A stretch of 64,000 nucleotides of DNA from Bacteriovoracia bacterium (GCA_050246755.1 JBFWVL010000001.1:992001-1056000); one strand, 5' to 3'. Numbered from the stretch's first letter, positions 23,745 to 35,838 are shown. Notes: generated by a model not told the origin, from the letters alone. Numbers and translations: made by a program.

Positions 23745-26700
23745 TTAGATTAGGGCCGACGGGTGCTCGGCACCGGCCGTCTCCTTCTCGAGATCTTCGT
23801 CTTCGCCTAACTCTTGGTTATCTACTTCAATATCATAGCCTTTGTACTGGGCTAGGCCCGTTCCCGCAGGAATTAGGCGTCCCATGATCACGTTCTCTTT
23901 CAGGCCGCGGAGGTAGTCGGTCTTACCTGCCAAAGCCGCTTCGGTAAGTACCTTAGTGGTTTCTTGGAAGGAAGAAGCCGAGATAAAGCTGAAAGTAGAA
24001 AGCGATGCCTTGGTAATACCGAGGAGTACCGACTCAAACTGAGCCGGACGACCGCCATCGGCGAGTACCCTAGCGTTTTCTTCTAACGAAGCCGCGCGAT
24101 CGATCGTTTCACCGATGATATACGTGGAATCGCCAACATCCGTTACTTTCACTTTCCGCAACATTTGACGAACGATCGTCTCAATGTGTTTATCGTTAAT
24201 TTTCACACCTTGAAGGCGGTATACTTCTTGGATCTGATCCACGAGGTAACGAGCCAAGGTAGCGTCGCCCTTAACACGTAAAATGTCGTGCGGGTTAATG
24301 GGGCCGTCGATGAGAGCTTCACCGGCGCGAACGTAGTCGCCCTCGTTGATCACGAGATGGCGGCCTTTCGGTACCAAGTATTCCACCGGCTCTTTACCAG
24401 TAGAAGAATCAGGACTAACGATAATCTTACGCTTACCCTTGGTATCCTTACCGAAGGAGATCGTTCCGTCGATTTCCGTGATGATCGCGGAATCTTTCGG
24501 TTTACGAGCTTCGAAAAGTTCGGCCACGCGAGGAAGACCCCCGGTGATATCCGTCGTTTTCGTGGTTTCACGAGAAATCTTAGCTACCACGTCGCCGGAG
24601 TGGATCTCGTCGCCGCTTTGAACCGGTACCACCGCACCCACCGGCAACATGTACACGGCCTTACGGTTCGAGCCGGTGATGAGCGCGGGCTCACCCTTTG
24701 CGTCTACAATAATAATTTTCGGACGTTTTTCTGTCTTGGTTTCAATCACCACTCGGTGGGAGAGACCAGTAACAGGGTCGAATTGCTCTTGCGTGGTTAC
24801 GGAATCTTCGAGGTCTTCAAATTTCACGAAACCAGAGGCTTCCGTGAGAATCGGTACCGAGTAAGGGTCCCATTCGGCGAGTTTAGCACCACCAACTACG
24901 CTATCGCCCTCTTTCACCACGAGCTTGGCTCCGTAAACGACAGGGTAACGCTCAATCTCGCGCCCTTCAGGCGTAACGATCGCAATTTCGGCTTGACGAT
25001 TCATAACCGTCATAGATCCACCGCGGTTCTTAACCTGAACAAGACTATGGAACTTCACGATACCTTTGGCTTTCGCCTCTACGGTAGCGGCTTCTACGCG
25101 TCTGCTTGCGGTACCACCCACGTGGAAAGTACGCATGGTCAGCTGGGTTCCAGGTTCACCGATGGACTGAGCGGCGATTACGCCCACGGTCTCACCGATA
25201 TTTACTAATGATCCGCGGCTGAGGTCACGTCCGTAGCAAAGTACGCAAGTTCCCATTTTCGATTTGCAAGTTAGTACCGAACGAATCTTAATACGGTCGA
25301 TTCCGGCTTTTTCAATCTCGAGAACAGTGCTTTCGGCGATTTCCGTGCCGGCTTTCGCGATGATGTTCGTAGTAATCGGATCCACAAGGTCTTCGAGCGT
25401 TACGCGGCCAAGGATACGGTCACCGAGCTTCTCGATGATCTCGCCGCCTTCGATCAATGCGCTTACCCAAACACCCTCGGTGGTTTGGCAATCTTCTTCC
25501 AAGATCACCATGTCCTGAGAAACGTCCACGAGACGGCGCGTAAGGTAACCGGAGTTAGCGGTTTTCAAGGCGGTATCGGCAAGACCTTTGCGGGCACCGT
25601 GCGTGGAAGTAAAATACTGGAGTACCGTCAGACCTTCACGGAAGTTAGCCGTGATGGGCGTTTCGATGATCTCACCAGATGGTTTCGCCATGAGTCCGCG
25701 CATACCGCAGAGCTGACGAATCTGAGCGTTGGAACCCCGGGCTCCGGAGTCGGCCATCATGTGAATCGGGTTGAAGCTGGAAACTTCTACTTTATCGCCT
25801 TTTTCAGAAACGATGGTCTCTGTTCCAATTTTTTTCATCAACTCGGTGGCGATGCCTTCAGACGTTTGCGCCCAAATATCGATCACCTTGTTATAGCGCT
25901 CGCCGTCGGTGATAAGACCTTCGATGTACTGGTTATCAATCTCTTGAACTTGCTTATAACCCGCGTCGAGAAGCACTTGCTTCTTCTCGGGAATAATCAT
26001 GTCGTGGATGGAGATCGAAGTACCAGCGGCAGTAGATCGCTTGTAACCAAGGCTCATCAAGTTATCGGCCAGCACCACCGTGTCTTTGTTCGTAGAGAGA
26101 CGGAAAGTCTTGTCGATGAGATCGGCCAAGGATTTTTTATCCATGGCGCGGTTGTAGCCGGCGAAAGGAATAGCTTCCGGAACGATTTCGGAAAGCAATG
26201 CGCGCCCTACGGTCGTTTCGTGAACCTTGCCTTGAATGCGGCACTTGATTTTCGCGTGGATATCGAGCTCGCCTACCGAGTGGGCGTAGTTCACTTCCAT
26301 TGGGCTCGAGAAAGTGCGGCCTTCGCCGAGGGCGAAAGGACGATCACGAGTCATGTCGTAAAGACCGAGTACGATATCCTGCGAAGGAACGATGATCGGC
26401 TTGCCGTTGGCGGGCGAAAGAACGTTGTTCGTGGACATCATGAGCACCCGGCACTCGATCTGCGCCTCTAGCGAGAGCGGTACGTGTACGGCCATTTGGT
26501 CCCCATCGAAATCGGCGTTAAAAGCCGCGCAAACAAGAGGATGCAATTGGATCGCTTTACCTTCAATGAGAATAGGCTCGAACGCTTGAATACCAAGGCG
26601 GTGCAGCGTGGGAGCGCGGTTCAGAAGAACCGGGTGCTCTTTCACGATTTCTTCGAGAATATCCCAAACTTCAGGACGCTCGCGCTCAACCATCTTCTTG

Positions 26701-27887
26701 GCAGACTTGATGGTGGTTACGAAGCCGTACTCGGAAAGCTTATTGTAGATGAAGGGCTTGAAGAGCTCGAGTGCCATCTTCTTGGGAAGACCGCACTGGT
26801 GCAGTTTCAACTCAGGACCAACCACGATAACGGAACGGCCAGAGTAGTCTACGCGCTTACCGAGCAAGTTCTGACGGAAACGACCTTGCTTGCCCTTGAG
26901 CATATCAGAAAGAGAGCGCAGAGGACGCTTGTTGGGGCCAGTGAAGGTTTTACCACGGCGTCCGTTATCGAAAAGGGCATCCACGGCTTCTTGAAGCATG
27001 CGCTTCTCGTTGCGGATGATGATATCGGGAGCGTTGAGCTCAATGAGGCGCTTCAAACGGTTGTTACGGTTGATTACGCGACGATAAAGATCGTTGAGAT
27101 CGGAAGTGGCGAAACGGCCACCTTCGAGGGGAACAAGAGGGCGCAATTCCGGCGGAATCACGGGAATGCACTCGAGCATCATCCACTCAGGGCGGTTATT
27201 CGATTGCTTCAAAGCTTCAAATACTTTGAGGCGCTTGATAAGCTTGGTACGAACGGCTTCGGAAAGATTGGACTTCAACTCTTTGCGGAGCTGACGAGCC
27301 ATAAGCTCTACATCGGTTTTCTTGAGTAACTCGAGAACGGCCTCGCCGCCCATTTCGGCGCGGAAGGTTTTATTTTCAGTTACAAGCTCGGCGTATTTAT
27401 CTTCGCTGATGATTGATTTCTCGGTGAGGCCAGTATCTCCTGGCTCAACCACGATATAGGCTTCGCAATAGAGAACTTTTTCGATCTCTTTCAAGGTTAA
27501 GTCGAGAACAGCCGCAATACGGCTAGGCAACGAACGCAAGAACCAGATATGGGCTACGGGGGTGGCGAGCTCAATATGGCCCAGACGCTCACGACGCACC
27601 TTCGATTGGGTTACTTCTACGCCACACTTCTCGCAGATTACTCCGCGATACTTCATGCGCTTATACTTACCGCAAAGGCATTCGTAATCCTTGATCGGGC
27701 CAAAGATCTTCGCGCAGAACAAGCCATCACGCTCGGGCTTGAACGTACGGTAGTTGATCGTCTCCGGCTTCTTCACTTCCCCAAACGACCACTTCCGGAT
27801 CATCTCGGCACTCGCGATGGAAATTTTCACCGCGGTAAAGCTGAGAGGATCTTTCGGTTTGTCGAAGAAATTAAGCAAATCTTTCAC
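23745..27887 (-). CDS. rpoC: RNA polymerase subunit beta'
   Basis: NADFDGDQM, Zn ribbon, [13 protein letters not shown]. Confidence 0.99.
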   Translation of the reverse strand: MKDLLNFFDKPKDPLSFTAVKISIASAEMIRKWSFGEVKKPETINYRTFKPERDGLFCAKIFGPIKDYECLCGKYKRMKYRGVICEKCGVEVTQSKVRRERLGHIELATPVAHIWFLRSLPSRIAAVLDLTLKEIEKVLYCEAYIVVEPGDTGLTEKSIISEDKYAELVTENKTFRAEMGGEAVLELLKKTDVELMARQLRKELKSNLSEAVRTKLIKRLKVFEALKQSNNRPEWMMLECIPVIPPELRPLVPLEGGRFATSDLNDLYRRVINRNNRLKRLIELNAPDIIIRNEKRMLQEAVDALFDNGRRGKTFTGPNKRPLRSLSDMLKGKQGRFRQNLLGKRVDYSGRSVIVVGPELKLHQCGLPKKMALELFKPFIYNKLSEYGFVTTIKSAKKMVERERPEVWDILEEIVKEHPVLLNRAPTLHRLGIQAFEPILIEGKAIQLHPLVCAAFNADFDGDQMAVHVPLSLEAQIECRVLMMSTNNVLSPANGKPIIVPSQDIVLGLYDMTRDRPFALGEGRTFSSPMEVNYAHSVGELDIHAKIKCRIQGKVHETTVGRALLSEIVPEAIPFAGYNRAMDKKSLADLIDKTFRLSTNKDTVVLADNLMSLGYKRSTAAGTSISIHDMIIPEKKQVLLDAGYKQVQEIDNQYIEGLITDGERYNKVIDIWAQTSEGIATELMKKIGTETIVSEKGDKVEVSSFNPIHMMADSGARGSNAQIRQLCGMRGLMAKPSGEIIETPITANFREGLTVLQYFTSTHGARKGLADTALKTANSGYLTRRLVDVSQDMVILEEDCQTTEGVWVSALIEGGEIIEKLGDRILGRVTLEDLVDPITTNIIAKAGTEIAESTVLEIEKAGIDRIKIRSVLTCKSKMGTCVLCYGRDLSRGSLVNIGETVGVIAAQSIGEPGTQLTMRTFHVGGTASRRVEAATVEAKAKGIVKFHSLVQVKNRGGSMTVMNRQAEIAIVTPEGREIERYPVVYGAKLVVKEGDSVVGGAKLAEWDPYSVPILTEASGFVKFEDLEDSVTTQEQFDPVTGLSHRVVIETKTEKRPKIIIVDAKGEPALITGSNRKAVYMLPVGAVVPVQSGDEIHSGDVVAKISRETTKTTDITGGLPRVAELFEARKPKDSAIITEIDGTISFGKDTKGKRKIIVSPDSSTGKEPVEYLVPKGRHLVINEGDYVRAGEALIDGPINPHDILRVKGDATLARYLVDQIQEVYRLQGVKINDKHIETIVRQMLRKVKVTDVGDSTYIIGETIDRAASLEENARVLADGGRPAQFESVLLGITKASLSTFSFISASSFQETTKVLTEAALAGKTDYLRGLKENVIMGRLIPAGTGLAQYKGYDIEVDNQELGEDEDLEKETAGAEHPSALI

Positions 27888-27936
27888 GTCTACCTCTATT
27901 CGAAACTGTTAAACCTTCAAAAACTTTTTCTATGGC

Positions 27937-30900
27937 TTACTTCTCAGCCATCTCAACTAGCTCTACGTTAAGCGCCAGCGACTGGAGCTCTTTCGTGAGT
28001 ACGTTGAAGGACTCAGGCAACCCTGGCTCAAGCACGCGCTCACCCTTAACGATGGCTTCGTACATGCGGTTACGTCCGGTAACGTCGTCTGATTTCACCG
28101 TGAGCATTTCTTGGAGCGTGTAGGCTGCGCCGTACGCCTCAAGCGCCCACACTTCCATCTCTCCGAGGCGCTGACCGCCGAGCTGGGCTTTACCACCCAG
28201 AGGCTGCTGCGTAACGAGAGAGTAAGGACCGATCGAACGAGCATGGATTTTTTCGTCCACCAAGTGGTGCAGCTTCAGCATGTACATCACGCCGACCGTT
28301 ACATCCTGGGCGAAAACCTCGCCGGTCATACCGTCGTAGAGGGTAAATTTATTGTCTTCCGGATGCTGAGCCGTGCGAAGGAGCGACTTAATGTCTTCCT
28401 CGTTAGCGGAATCAAACACGGGAGTAGCAATGCGAATACCGTCTTTCAACGAAGCGGCAATGCGCTTCAGCTCATCGTCACTAGCGGTTTCGATGTGTTT
28501 GTCCACTTCGGCGCTAGAGTAGATGCTCTTCAAGGTTTTGCGAATCTCGGCAGCGGGCGAATGCTTTTCGAGCATTTCGTTGATTTTGTCCCCAACACCC
28601 CAGCAAGCGCCGCCGAGCATAAGCTCGAGTAGCTGACCGATGTTCATACGGCTAGGTACGCCGAGCGGGTTCAAAACCATGTCTACCGGACGGCCATCCG
28701 CTAGGAATGGCATGTCTTCTTCGGGAACGATCTTGGAAACAACCCCTTTGTTACCGTGACGGCCGGCCATCTTATCGCCCACTTGAATGCGGCGCTTAAT
28801 TGCCAGAGTAACTTTAACCATCTTGATAACGCCAGGCGCAAGCTCATCGCCGCGCTTCATACGTTCAGCACGTTCTTTGAAAACGGCTCGAATCATATCG
28901 AGCTTGGTCTTTGTGGTTTGCATGAAGGTAGTGAGTTCATCTTCGAGAGCTTGTTTGAGAGGAATGAAGCCCAAGAGTTCGAACTGAATATTACGCAGCT
29001 TCTCTACGGTGATTTCTTCGCCCTTCTCGAGCAAGGTTACGGAACCGTCTTCAGAAAGCAATTTGCCCGTGGTTTTCTCACCAGCCAAAAGCTTAGCGAG
29101 TTTTTCGAGGGCATTATTGCGGATCGCATCGATCTCAACTTTTTCGTCGCGGCGAAGGTTGGAAATTTGCGCTTCCAAAATCTGGACGCTGCGGTCATCC
29201 GGTTCAGTTCCTTCGCGGGCGAATACTTGGGCGCCGATTACGGTGCCGAATATTCCCGTGGGAACACGGAGGGAAGTATCACGAACGTCGCCGGCTTTTT
29301 CACCGAAGATCGCGCGCAATAGTTTCTCTTCGGGAGAGAGCTGGGTCTCACCCTTGGGAGTAACTTTACCGACGAGGATGTCTCCCGGCTTCACTTCCGC
29401 ACCGATGCGGATGATACCGGAGGAATCGAGGTCTTTGAGGGCCTCTTCACCTACGTTCGGAATATCGCGGGTAATCTCTTCTTTGCCGAGCTTGGTATCG
29501 CGGGCAATACATTCGAATTCCTGGATGTGAATCGAGGTGAAGGTATCGGCCTTGATCAAGTTCTCGTTCAAGATGATCGAGTCTTCGAAGTTGTAACCAT
29601 TCCAAGGCATGAAGGCCACTTTGATGTTTTGGCCAAGGGCCAATTCACCCGCGTGGGTGCCTGGTCCATCGGCAATCACGTCGCCTTTTTTCACTTTGTC
29701 ACCGATGCGCACGAGGGGCATCTGGTTCCAGCAAGTGTCTTGGTTAGAGCGTTGGTATTTAATGAGACTGTAAATATCGATATCGGAATCGATTTCCTTG
29801 GTCTCTTTTTTACCAGGAACTGCGTCACGCTTAACCACGATACGAGCCCCGTCTACCTTGATTACTTCACCGGCATTCAGCGCGGTAACGGTAGAACCGG
29901 AATCTTTAGCTACGATACGCTCTACGCCCGTGCCCACGAGAGGCGAACGAGTTTTGAGGAGCGGCACGGCCTGACGTTGCATGTTCGAACCCATGAGGGC
30001 GCGGTTAGCATCGTCATGCTCGAGAAACGGAATCAAAGAAGCGGCTACCGACACGAGTTGGTCGGGCGCAACGTCCATCAATTCTACTTCTTCGGGATGA
30101 ACCATCGCGAAGTCGCCTTTACGGCGGGCAGCCGCAAGATCGCCTTCTTTGAAGCGCGATTCTTTGAGAACCTTCATGCTCACCTGAGCAATTACTTTGT
30201 TCTCTTCTTCGGTAGCCGTGAAGTAGCGGATTTCGTCGGTGATCTTGTTCTCCTTCACCACGCGGTAAGGCGTCTCAATGAAACCGTATTGGTTCACGCG
30301 AGCGTAGGAAGAAAGGGAGGAGATAAGACCGATGTTCGGACCTTCGGGCGTCTCAATCGGGCAGATGCGGCCGTAGTGAGTAGCGTGAACGTCGCGCACT
30401 TCGAAACCTGCGCGCTCGCGAGTAAGACCGCCGGGACCAAGGGCCGAAAGACGGCGCTTGTGGGTTACTTCGGAAAGCGGGTTCGTTTGGTCCATGAACT
30501 GAGATAGCTGAGAAGATCCGAAGAACTCCTTCACCACCGCGCTCACGGGCTTCTGGTTGATCAGATCATGCGGCATCAGGGTTTCGATTTCCTGCAATGC
30601 CATACGCTCTTTGATCGCGCGCTCCATGCGTACGAGACCGATGCGGTATTGGTTCTCGAGCAACTCACCCACTGCGCGAACACGGCGGTTACCAAGGTGA
30701 TCGATATCGTCGATCACGCCGGCGCCGTTATTCAGGTCGCAGAGGTACTTCATCGTGGCGATGATATCGGCGTTCGTGAGCGTGGTTTTATCGCCAGGAA
30801 TTCCGAGGTGCGGGAATTTATAGTTGATTTTCAAGCGGCCCACGTTCGAAAGATCGTAACGGTCCGGATTGAAGAACATATTTTCGAACAGCTCTTTAGC

Positions 30901-32061
30901 AGCTTCAATCGTTGGCGGATCACCGGGACGCATACGACGGTAGATCTCGATCAATGCCTCTTCTTGAGAGGTCATTTTGTCGGCGATCAGGGTGTCGCGG
31001 ATAAAGGAGCCCACGGTGATAGGATCGGTAAAGATCACTTTCACTTTTTTGAGCTGTTTCATGAGCTTTTTAACAAGCTCTTCGCTGAGCTCGGTGTTGG
31101 CCTCTACCAAAACTTCGCCGGTCTTCGGATCCACGTGATCTTCCGAAATTACACGGCCAACAATTTGCTCCATCGGGATTTCGATGCGCTTGAGGCCGGA
31201 TTCACGAACTTTATCCACCACGGCTTTGGTGTATTTACGGTTCTTCTTAACGAGAACATCGCCCGTTTTCGGGTGGATGAGATCCTCGTCGGCACGCTGA
31301 CCGAGCATGAGATCGAAGTCGAGTTCACGGGAAACTTTTTCTTTATCGAAAGTGAAAGTTTCTACGTTGTAGAAAGTATTGAGGATCTCTTGAACCGACA
31401 TGCCCAGGGCGCGCAAGATGATCGTGCCGTGGAACTTACGTTTACGGTCGATGCGGGCCCAGAGGATGTCTTTGTGGTCGAATTCGAAATCGAGCCAAGA
31501 TCCGCGGTGCGGAATGATGCGGGCGCTATAAAGTAGCTTTCCACTGGAATGAGTTTTTCCGTAGTCATGATCGAAAATCACGCCGGGCGAACGGTGAAGC
31601 TGGGAAACGATTACACGCTCGGTACCGTTAACGATAAAGGAACCAGCGTCCGTCATGAGCGGAATTTCGCCCATGTAAACTTCTTGCTCTTTAATGTCGC
31701 GAATATTGCGGTTGCCGGTGCTCTCATCAACATCGAACACGATGAGGCGAACGGTGATTTTCAGGGGGGCCGCGTAAGTCATGCCGCGCTGGCGGCACTC
31801 CCGCACATCGTACTTAGGCGCTTCGAGTACGTAAGAATCAAACTCAAGGTTCGCCGTCTTATTGAAATCTTCAATCGGGAAAACCGAATGAAAGGAGGCC
31901 TGCAAACCAGTAGTTTTACGCTTGCTGGGCTCAACATCCATCTGCAAGAAATCGTGGTACGACTTCTTTTGCAGCTCGATGAGATCTGGGATTTCAATGC
32001 TTCGATGAATCTTTGCGTAATTTTTTCTGACTTGTCTAATATTCGTAAATAACGACGCCAT
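27937..32061 (-). CDS. rpoB: RNA polymerase subunit beta
   Basis: [30 protein letters not shown]. Confidence 0.99.
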   Translation of the reverse strand: MASLFTNIRQVRKNYAKIHRSIEIPDLIELQKKSYHDFLQMDVEPSKRKTTGLQASFHSVFPIEDFNKTANLEFDSYVLEAPKYDVRECRQRGMTYAAPLKITVRLIVFDVDESTGNRNIRDIKEQEVYMGEIPLMTDAGSFIVNGTERVIVSQLHRSPGVIFDHDYGKTHSSGKLLYSARIIPHRGSWLDFEFDHKDILWARIDRKRKFHGTIILRALGMSVQEILNTFYNVETFTFDKEKVSRELDFDLMLGQRADEDLIHPKTGDVLVKKNRKYTKAVVDKVRESGLKRIEIPMEQIVGRVISEDHVDPKTGEVLVEANTELSEELVKKLMKQLKKVKVIFTDPITVGSFIRDTLIADKMTSQEEALIEIYRRMRPGDPPTIEAAKELFENMFFNPDRYDLSNVGRLKINYKFPHLGIPGDKTTLTNADIIATMKYLCDLNNGAGVIDDIDHLGNRRVRAVGELLENQYRIGLVRMERAIKERMALQEIETLMPHDLINQKPVSAVVKEFFGSSQLSQFMDQTNPLSEVTHKRRLSALGPGGLTRERAGFEVRDVHATHYGRICPIETPEGPNIGLISSLSSYARVNQYGFIETPYRVVKENKITDEIRYFTATEEENKVIAQVSMKVLKESRFKEGDLAAARRKGDFAMVHPEEVELMDVAPDQLVSVAASLIPFLEHDDANRALMGSNMQRQAVPLLKTRSPLVGTGVERIVAKDSGSTVTALNAGEVIKVDGARIVVKRDAVPGKKETKEIDSDIDIYSLIKYQRSNQDTCWNQMPLVRIGDKVKKGDVIADGPGTHAGELALGQNIKVAFMPWNGYNFEDSIILNENLIKADTFTSIHIQEFECIARDTKLGKEEITRDIPNVGEEALKDLDSSGIIRIGAEVKPGDILVGKVTPKGETQLSPEEKLLRAIFGEKAGDVRDTSLRVPTGIFGTVIGAQVFAREGTEPDDRSVQILEAQISNLRRDEKVEIDAIRNNALEKLAKLLAGEKTTGKLLSEDGSVTLLEKGEEITVEKLRNIQFELLGFIPLKQALEDELTTFMQTTKTKLDMIRAVFKERAERMKRGDELAPGVIKMVKVTLAIKRRIQVGDKMAGRHGNKGVVSKIVPEEDMPFLADGRPVDMVLNPLGVPSRMNIGQLLELMLGGACWGVGDKINEMLEKHSPAAEIRKTLKSIYSSAEVDKHIETASDDELKRIAASLKDGIRIATPVFDSANEEDIKSLLRTAQHPEDNKFTLYDGMTGEVFAQDVTVGVMYMLKLHHLVDEKIHARSIGPYSLVTQQPLGGKAQLGGQRLGEMEVWALEAYGAAYTLQEMLTVKSDDVTGRNRMYEAIVKGERVLEPGLPESFNVLTKELQSLALNVELVEMAEK

Positions 32062-32107
32062 GTACTTCCCTTGGATGGATCAATTACACTTTTGGACGAG
32101 AAATGAC

Positions 32108-32142
32108 GGTTCCCCGTTTACATAAATTGCAAACGGGGAGCC
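32108..32142 (-). promoter_or_regulatory. rplL-rpoB intergenic hairpin (attenuator or processing site candidate)
   Basis: GGCTCCCCGTTT...AAACGGGGAACC stem at the position of the E. coli rplL-rpoB attenuator; weak U-tract. Confidence 0.5.
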
Positions 32143-32177
32143 CTCGAAAGCCGATGACCGGCCAGCAGAGACATCAA

Positions 32178-32561
32178 TTACTTGATGTCTACTTTTGCGC
32201 CGACAGCTTCGAGCTTCTTCTTCATTTCTTCAGCGTCTTTTTTAGCAACGCCTTCTTTTACAGATTTCGGAGCGCCTTCTACGAGGTCTTTAGCTTCTTT
32301 CAAGCCGAGGCCAGTGATTGCGCGCACTTCTTTAATTACTTCGATCTTCTTGTCGCCAGCAGAAGAGAGAATTACGTTGAATTCCGTTTTCTCTTCAGCA
32401 GCAGCGCCGCCGCCAGCAGCGGGGCCAGCCGCGAAAGCCATAGGAGCAGCGGCAGTTACGCCGAATTTCTGTTCCAGGTCTTTTACGAGCGTAGAGAGTT
32501 CGAGTACCGACATTTTTTCGATGGCGGAGATGATATCTTCTTTAGATAGAGCTGTAGACAT
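32178..32561 (-). CDS. rplL: 50S ribosomal protein bL12
   Basis: [26 protein letters not shown]. Confidence 0.99.
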   Translation of the reverse strand: MSTALSKEDIISAIEKMSVLELSTLVKDLEQKFGVTAAAPMAFAAGPAAGGGAAAEEKTEFNVILSSAGDKKIEVIKEVRAITGLGLKEAKDLVEGAPKSVKEGVAKKDAEEMKKKLEAVGAKVDIK

Positions 32562-32603
32562 TTGTATTTCCTCACTTATTAATCGTTAACGTTAAAACTA
32601 AAA

Positions 32604-33128
32604 CTACCCTTGTTGGCCTTTTTTCTCCGCGATGGCGTGGACCACACGGGTGAAATCTCTTGGTACGGCATTCAATACACAAACGAAGTTGCGAATCGGT
32701 CCGTTCATAACACTTAGCAACTGACTTAACAGCGCCTCTCGCGACGGCAACGTAGCGAGTTGTTTGATTTGTGCCTCAGACATGGCCTGGTCGCCCAGGA
32801 TGCCATCCTTGATAGAAAATGCCTCTACCTTCTTCGCATACTCGGTGAGGGCTTTCGCCATCTCCACGGCGTCTCCGCCGGCGAAGAAAGTAACCGTAGG
32901 ACCCGCTAGCTTTTCAACTAGTTGCTCCTTCGCACTCCCCTTCAATGCAACACGCACCAAATTGTTTTTGGCCACCTTAACGACAACTTTCTTGTCGCGG
33001 AGGCTACGCCGCAAAGCGTTCATCTCTTCCGAGCTAACACCTTTGTAATCGGCAAAAATCACAGCAGAAGAATCTTCAAAATTCTTTTTCAGACTGGAAA
33101 CTGCGTCTTGTTTAGTAATGGCTTTCAT
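32604..33128 (-). CDS. rplJ: 50S ribosomal protein uL10
   Basis: DYKG, VAKNNL, LATLPSREALL. Confidence 0.97.
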   Translation of the reverse strand: MKAITKQDAVSSLKKNFEDSSAVIFADYKGVSSEEMNALRRSLRDKKVVVKVAKNNLVRVALKGSAKEQLVEKLAGPTVTFFAGGDAVEMAKALTEYAKKVEAFSIKDGILGDQAMSEAQIKQLATLPSREALLSQLLSVMNGPIRNFVCVLNAVPRDFTRVVHAIAEKKGQQG

Positions 33129-33137
33129 CGCTTCCCC

Positions 33138-33863
33138 TTAAATCAAACCCTTGGATGCTTCCGCGGCATCCACTTGGATGCCAGGGCCCATGGTAGTCGA
33201 GACCGTTACCTTCTTCACGTAAACGCCCTTAGAGGTGGGTGGCTTCAATCGGAGCAAGGTCGCGAAGAAAACATCGAAGTTCTCTTTCAACTTTTGCGGG
33301 CCGAAGCTGCGTTTACCGATCAAGCACTGAACGATACCCGATTTTTCGGTACGAAATTCAACCTTGCCGGCCTTTTGCTCTTTCACTGCTTTTGCGATGT
33401 CCGCAGTCACAGTTCCAAGCTTAGGGTTGGGCATCAAACCGCGGGGACCAAGAATTTTAGCTACCTTAGAGATCGCCACCATCATGTCCGGAGTTGCCAC
33501 GGCTTTATCGAATTCCATCCAGCCTTCGTTGATTTTTTGCACGAGATCTTCGGCACCAACAAAATCCGCGCCGGCAGCAGACGCCTCCTGGGCCTTTTCA
33601 CCCTTGGCAAAAGCAATTACGCGAGTAACCTTACCCACGCCATGCGGGAGCACAACGGCAGTACGAACTTGCTGGTCCGATTGCTTGGCATCCACGCCAA
33701 GGTTAACGGAGACATCAACACTCTCATCGAATTTCGCAAAGGCCACTTCCGTAGCGATCTTCAAGGCTTGCTCGATGCTGTATTTCTTCTCTCTGTCGAT
33801 TTTGGAGTCAGCATCACGGAATTTTTTTCCGCGCTTTACTCCATTTAACGATTTTAGACTCAC
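33138..33863 (-). CDS. rplA: 50S ribosomal protein uL1
   Basis: KFDESVD, LPHG, LGPRGLMPNPK, STTMGPG. Confidence 0.99.
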   Translation of the reverse strand: MSLKSLNGVKRGKKFRDADSKIDREKKYSIEQALKIATEVAFAKFDESVDVSVNLGVDAKQSDQQVRTAVVLPHGVGKVTRVIAFAKGEKAQEASAAGADFVGAEDLVQKINEGWMEFDKAVATPDMMVAISKVAKILGPRGLMPNPKLGTVTADIAKAVKEQKAGKVEFRTEKSGIVQCLIGKRSFGPQKLKENFDVFFATLLRLKPPTSKGVYVKKVTVSTTMGPGIQVDAAEASKGLI

Positions 33864-33876
33864 TTACTTACCTCCC

Positions 33877-33903
33877 GTGGTTCAAGCGGCCGAAGCCTCC
33901 CAC
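33877..33903 (-). promoter_or_regulatory. uL1-binding mRNA operator (L1 leader) upstream of rplA
   Basis: GUGG-GA-GGC-UUCG-GCC-GCUUGAA-CCAC: asymmetric internal-loop hairpin of the L1 site type, next to the rplA SD (GGGAGG). Confidence 0.75.
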
Positions 33904-33918
33904 ATTGACTAACAAAAA

Positions 33919-34344
33919 TTAACCTTCTACGGTAACGCCCATCGAGCGCGCAGATCCCTCGATCGTGCGCATGGCCGCTTCCACACTGGCCGCGGAGAGA
34001 TCCTTAAGCTTCAACTTGGCGATATCTTCAATTTGCTTCTTCGACACCTTGCCCACTTTCGTGCGGTTAGGGACACCCGATCCCTTTTCAATCTTCGCGG
34101 CCTTCTTCAGAAGAACAGCGGCCGGAGGGGTTTTGGTAATGAAAGTAAAAGAGCGGTCGGAGTAAACCGAGATGATCACCGGAATAACCATACCCTGAGC
34201 TTCTTTAGTAGCGGCATTGAACGCTTTACAGAACTCCATGATGTTTACGCCACGCTGACCTAGAGCGGGACCTACGGGGGGAGCGGGGTTCGCCTGACCG
34301 CCGGGGATCTGTAATTTAATCTGTCCAGTTAACTGCTTAGCCAT
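33919..34344 (-). CDS. rplK: 50S ribosomal protein uL11
   Basis: [23 protein letters not shown]. Confidence 0.99.
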   Translation of the reverse strand: MAKQLTGQIKLQIPGGQANPAPPVGPALGQRGVNIMEFCKAFNAATKEAQGMVIPVIISVYSDRSFTFITKTPPAAVLLKKAAKIEKGSGVPNRTKVGKVSKKQIEDIAKLKLKDLSAASVEAAMRTIEGSARSMGVTVEG

Positions 34345-34362
34345 GAAAAGCCTCCAAAATCC

Positions 34363-34998
34363 TTAAATCTTCTCAACCTGAACAAAGTCGAGCTCTACCG
34401 GAGTAGAGCGACCGAAAATGCTTACGAGCACCCGGAGCTTGCCTTTGTCTGCGTTGATGTCTTCAATTACGCCATTAAAATTATTGAACGGGCCGTCTAC
34501 CACGCGAACCTTTTCGCCCTCAGAGAACGAAACCTTCGACTTCGGACGAGCCGCACCTTCAGAAATTCGGTTTGTCATACGAAGGATTTCAGACTCAGAC
34601 ACAGGCGCCGGATTCCGCTTATCACCCACGAAGCCGGTTATCTTCGAGGTATTCTTGATCATGTGCCACGACTCATCGGTCAGCAGCATCTTCACGAGAA
34701 TATAGCCCGGGAAAAACTTACGCTTCGTGGTCTTCTTCTGGCCGCGAACCAACTCGACAACCGTCTCTTCAGGAACGATAACTTCAGAAATAAGGCTTTC
34801 TTTCTTGAGCGAGCGCACGCGCTCTTCGAGGGCAAGCTTGGCCTTATATTCCATGCCCGAATGGGCGTTTACCACGTACCACTTGTGGTCGGGGTAGTTC
34901 ACGTCGGTCAAAGGCTTGCGCTCGGTAGACGCCTCTACCGTCTCCACCGAGGAGTCTACTACTTCTGCGTCATTCATTTCGTTTTCGTCGCCGAACAC
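34363..34998 (-). CDS. nusG: transcription factor NusG (acidic N-extension)
   Basis: WYVV, FFPGYILV, KOW GPFNNF, IFGRSTPVEL; GTG start with GGAGG SD. Confidence 0.98.
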   Translation of the reverse strand: MFGDENEMNDAEVVDSSVETVEASTERKPLTDVNYPDHKWYVVNAHSGMEYKAKLALEERVRSLKKESLISEVIVPEETVVELVRGQKKTTKRKFFPGYILVKMLLTDESWHMIKNTSKITGFVGDKRNPAPVSESEILRMTNRISEGAARPKSKVSFSEGEKVRVVDGPFNNFNGVIEDINADKGKLRVLVSIFGRSTPVELDFVQVEKI

Positions 34999-35011
34999 GG
35001 GTAGCCTCCGC

Positions 35012-35386
35012 TCAAATCACAAGCCCAATTAAATAAATCCAAAAATTATCGATCATCCAAAAAACCACTCCGGCAATCGTTACCGCGATTAAAACCGCGA
35101 TCGTCGCCTTGGTGGTTTCGCCCTGGGTTGGCCAGGTTACCTTAGAGATCTCTGCGACCACTTCATTCATGAAGGTAGTTGCCACTGCGCTCTTCGCCAA
35201 TCCGAAGAAAAGAGCCACTCCAACTAAGGCAGAACCGCCGAGGATAATTTTATCCAGCGAGCGGACACGTCCTTCGAAATCCAGGAGTACGGCAAACTTC
35301 GTTGATAGAACGAAGAGCACGTATGCCAAGAGCAACGAGGCCGCTACGAAACTTAAATTGACCCACTTCTGCTGGTTGTTTTCCAT
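35012..35386 (-). CDS. secE: preprotein translocase SecE (3-TM form)
   Basis: EISKVTWPT motif; position before nusG; likely start ATG 35386. Confidence 0.93.
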   Translation of the reverse strand: MENNQQKWVNLSFVAASLLLAYVLFVLSTKFAVLLDFEGRVRSLDKIILGGSALVGVALFFGLAKSAVATTFMNEVVAEISKVTWPTQGETTKATIAVLIAVTIAGVVFWMIDNFWIYLIGLVI

Positions 35387-35524
35387 ATTCCGCCAGTACT
35401 GTCTTTGGAAACTGTCTTTAGACACCATTTAAAACCAAGAATCTAGTAAAAAATGGCTCCTTGGCATGTTTTTTGTTGACGTAGAAAAAGGACTTGGTTC
35501 TCTTTTCCCGACAAAAATGCTTTA

Positions 35525-35642
35525 ACGGCACCGGCACCCACCAAAGTATAGCTCCGTAAAGCAAGGCGGAGAATGATCGAAGCCCCTCTCCGGCTACCAC
35601 TAGCAGCCCCCCCACACACTCTAACAGTTAAGTTCCGCCGCT
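35525..35642 (-). ncRNA. candidate structured RNA in the tRNA-Trp-secE spacer (unassigned)
   Basis: Hand-folded nested helices rich in G-U pairs that only form on the minus strand; no family recognised. Confidence 0.25.
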
Positions 35643-35692
35643 TTGACCAACCACGTTGATGTTCGCTAAATGTCGAAATTGGAAATAAGAAT

Positions 35693-35769
35693 TGGCAGGC
35701 CAGGAGGGACTCGAACCCACAACACGCGGATTTGGAATCCGCTGCTCTACCAATTGGAGCTACTGGCCT
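35693..35769 (-). tRNA. tRNA-Trp(CCA)
   Basis: AGGCCAG acceptor, anticodon loop TTCCAAA, TTCGA T-loop, encoded CCA. Confidence 0.97.
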
Positions 35770-35787
35770 ATCGTTGAAACTTTATAC

Positions 35788-35819
35788 AAGAAAGGGAGCC
35801 ATGAGGCTCCCTTTTCTTT
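35788..35819 (-). terminator. hairpin/terminator after the tuf copy in the tRNA operon
   Basis: AAAGGGAGCC-TCAT-GGCTCCCTTT followed by CTTGT; A/T flanks on both sides. Confidence 0.7.
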
Positions 35820-35838
35820 AGAAACGTGAATTCAGAGC

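Noticed and set aside
23745-32061. Long plus-strand ORFs antisense to rpoB/rpoC (e.g. 25485-26471, 29527-30507, 30568-31536) and to ribosomal genes (13164-14081, 32922-33848)
   Set aside because: Shadow frames caused by codon bias of highly expressed genes; no SD and no recognisable protein features.
35560-35615. tRNA- or tmRNA-like fragment (CUAGUGGUAG D-loop-like, CUUCGAUC T-loop-like)
   Set aside because: No anticodon arm, acceptor stem or CCA; no SRP, 6S or tmRNA signature. Kept only as a generic structured-RNA candidate.
35418-35615. 65-aa ORF in the secE spacer as rpmG
   Set aside because: No L33 motifs or CxxC and no SD.
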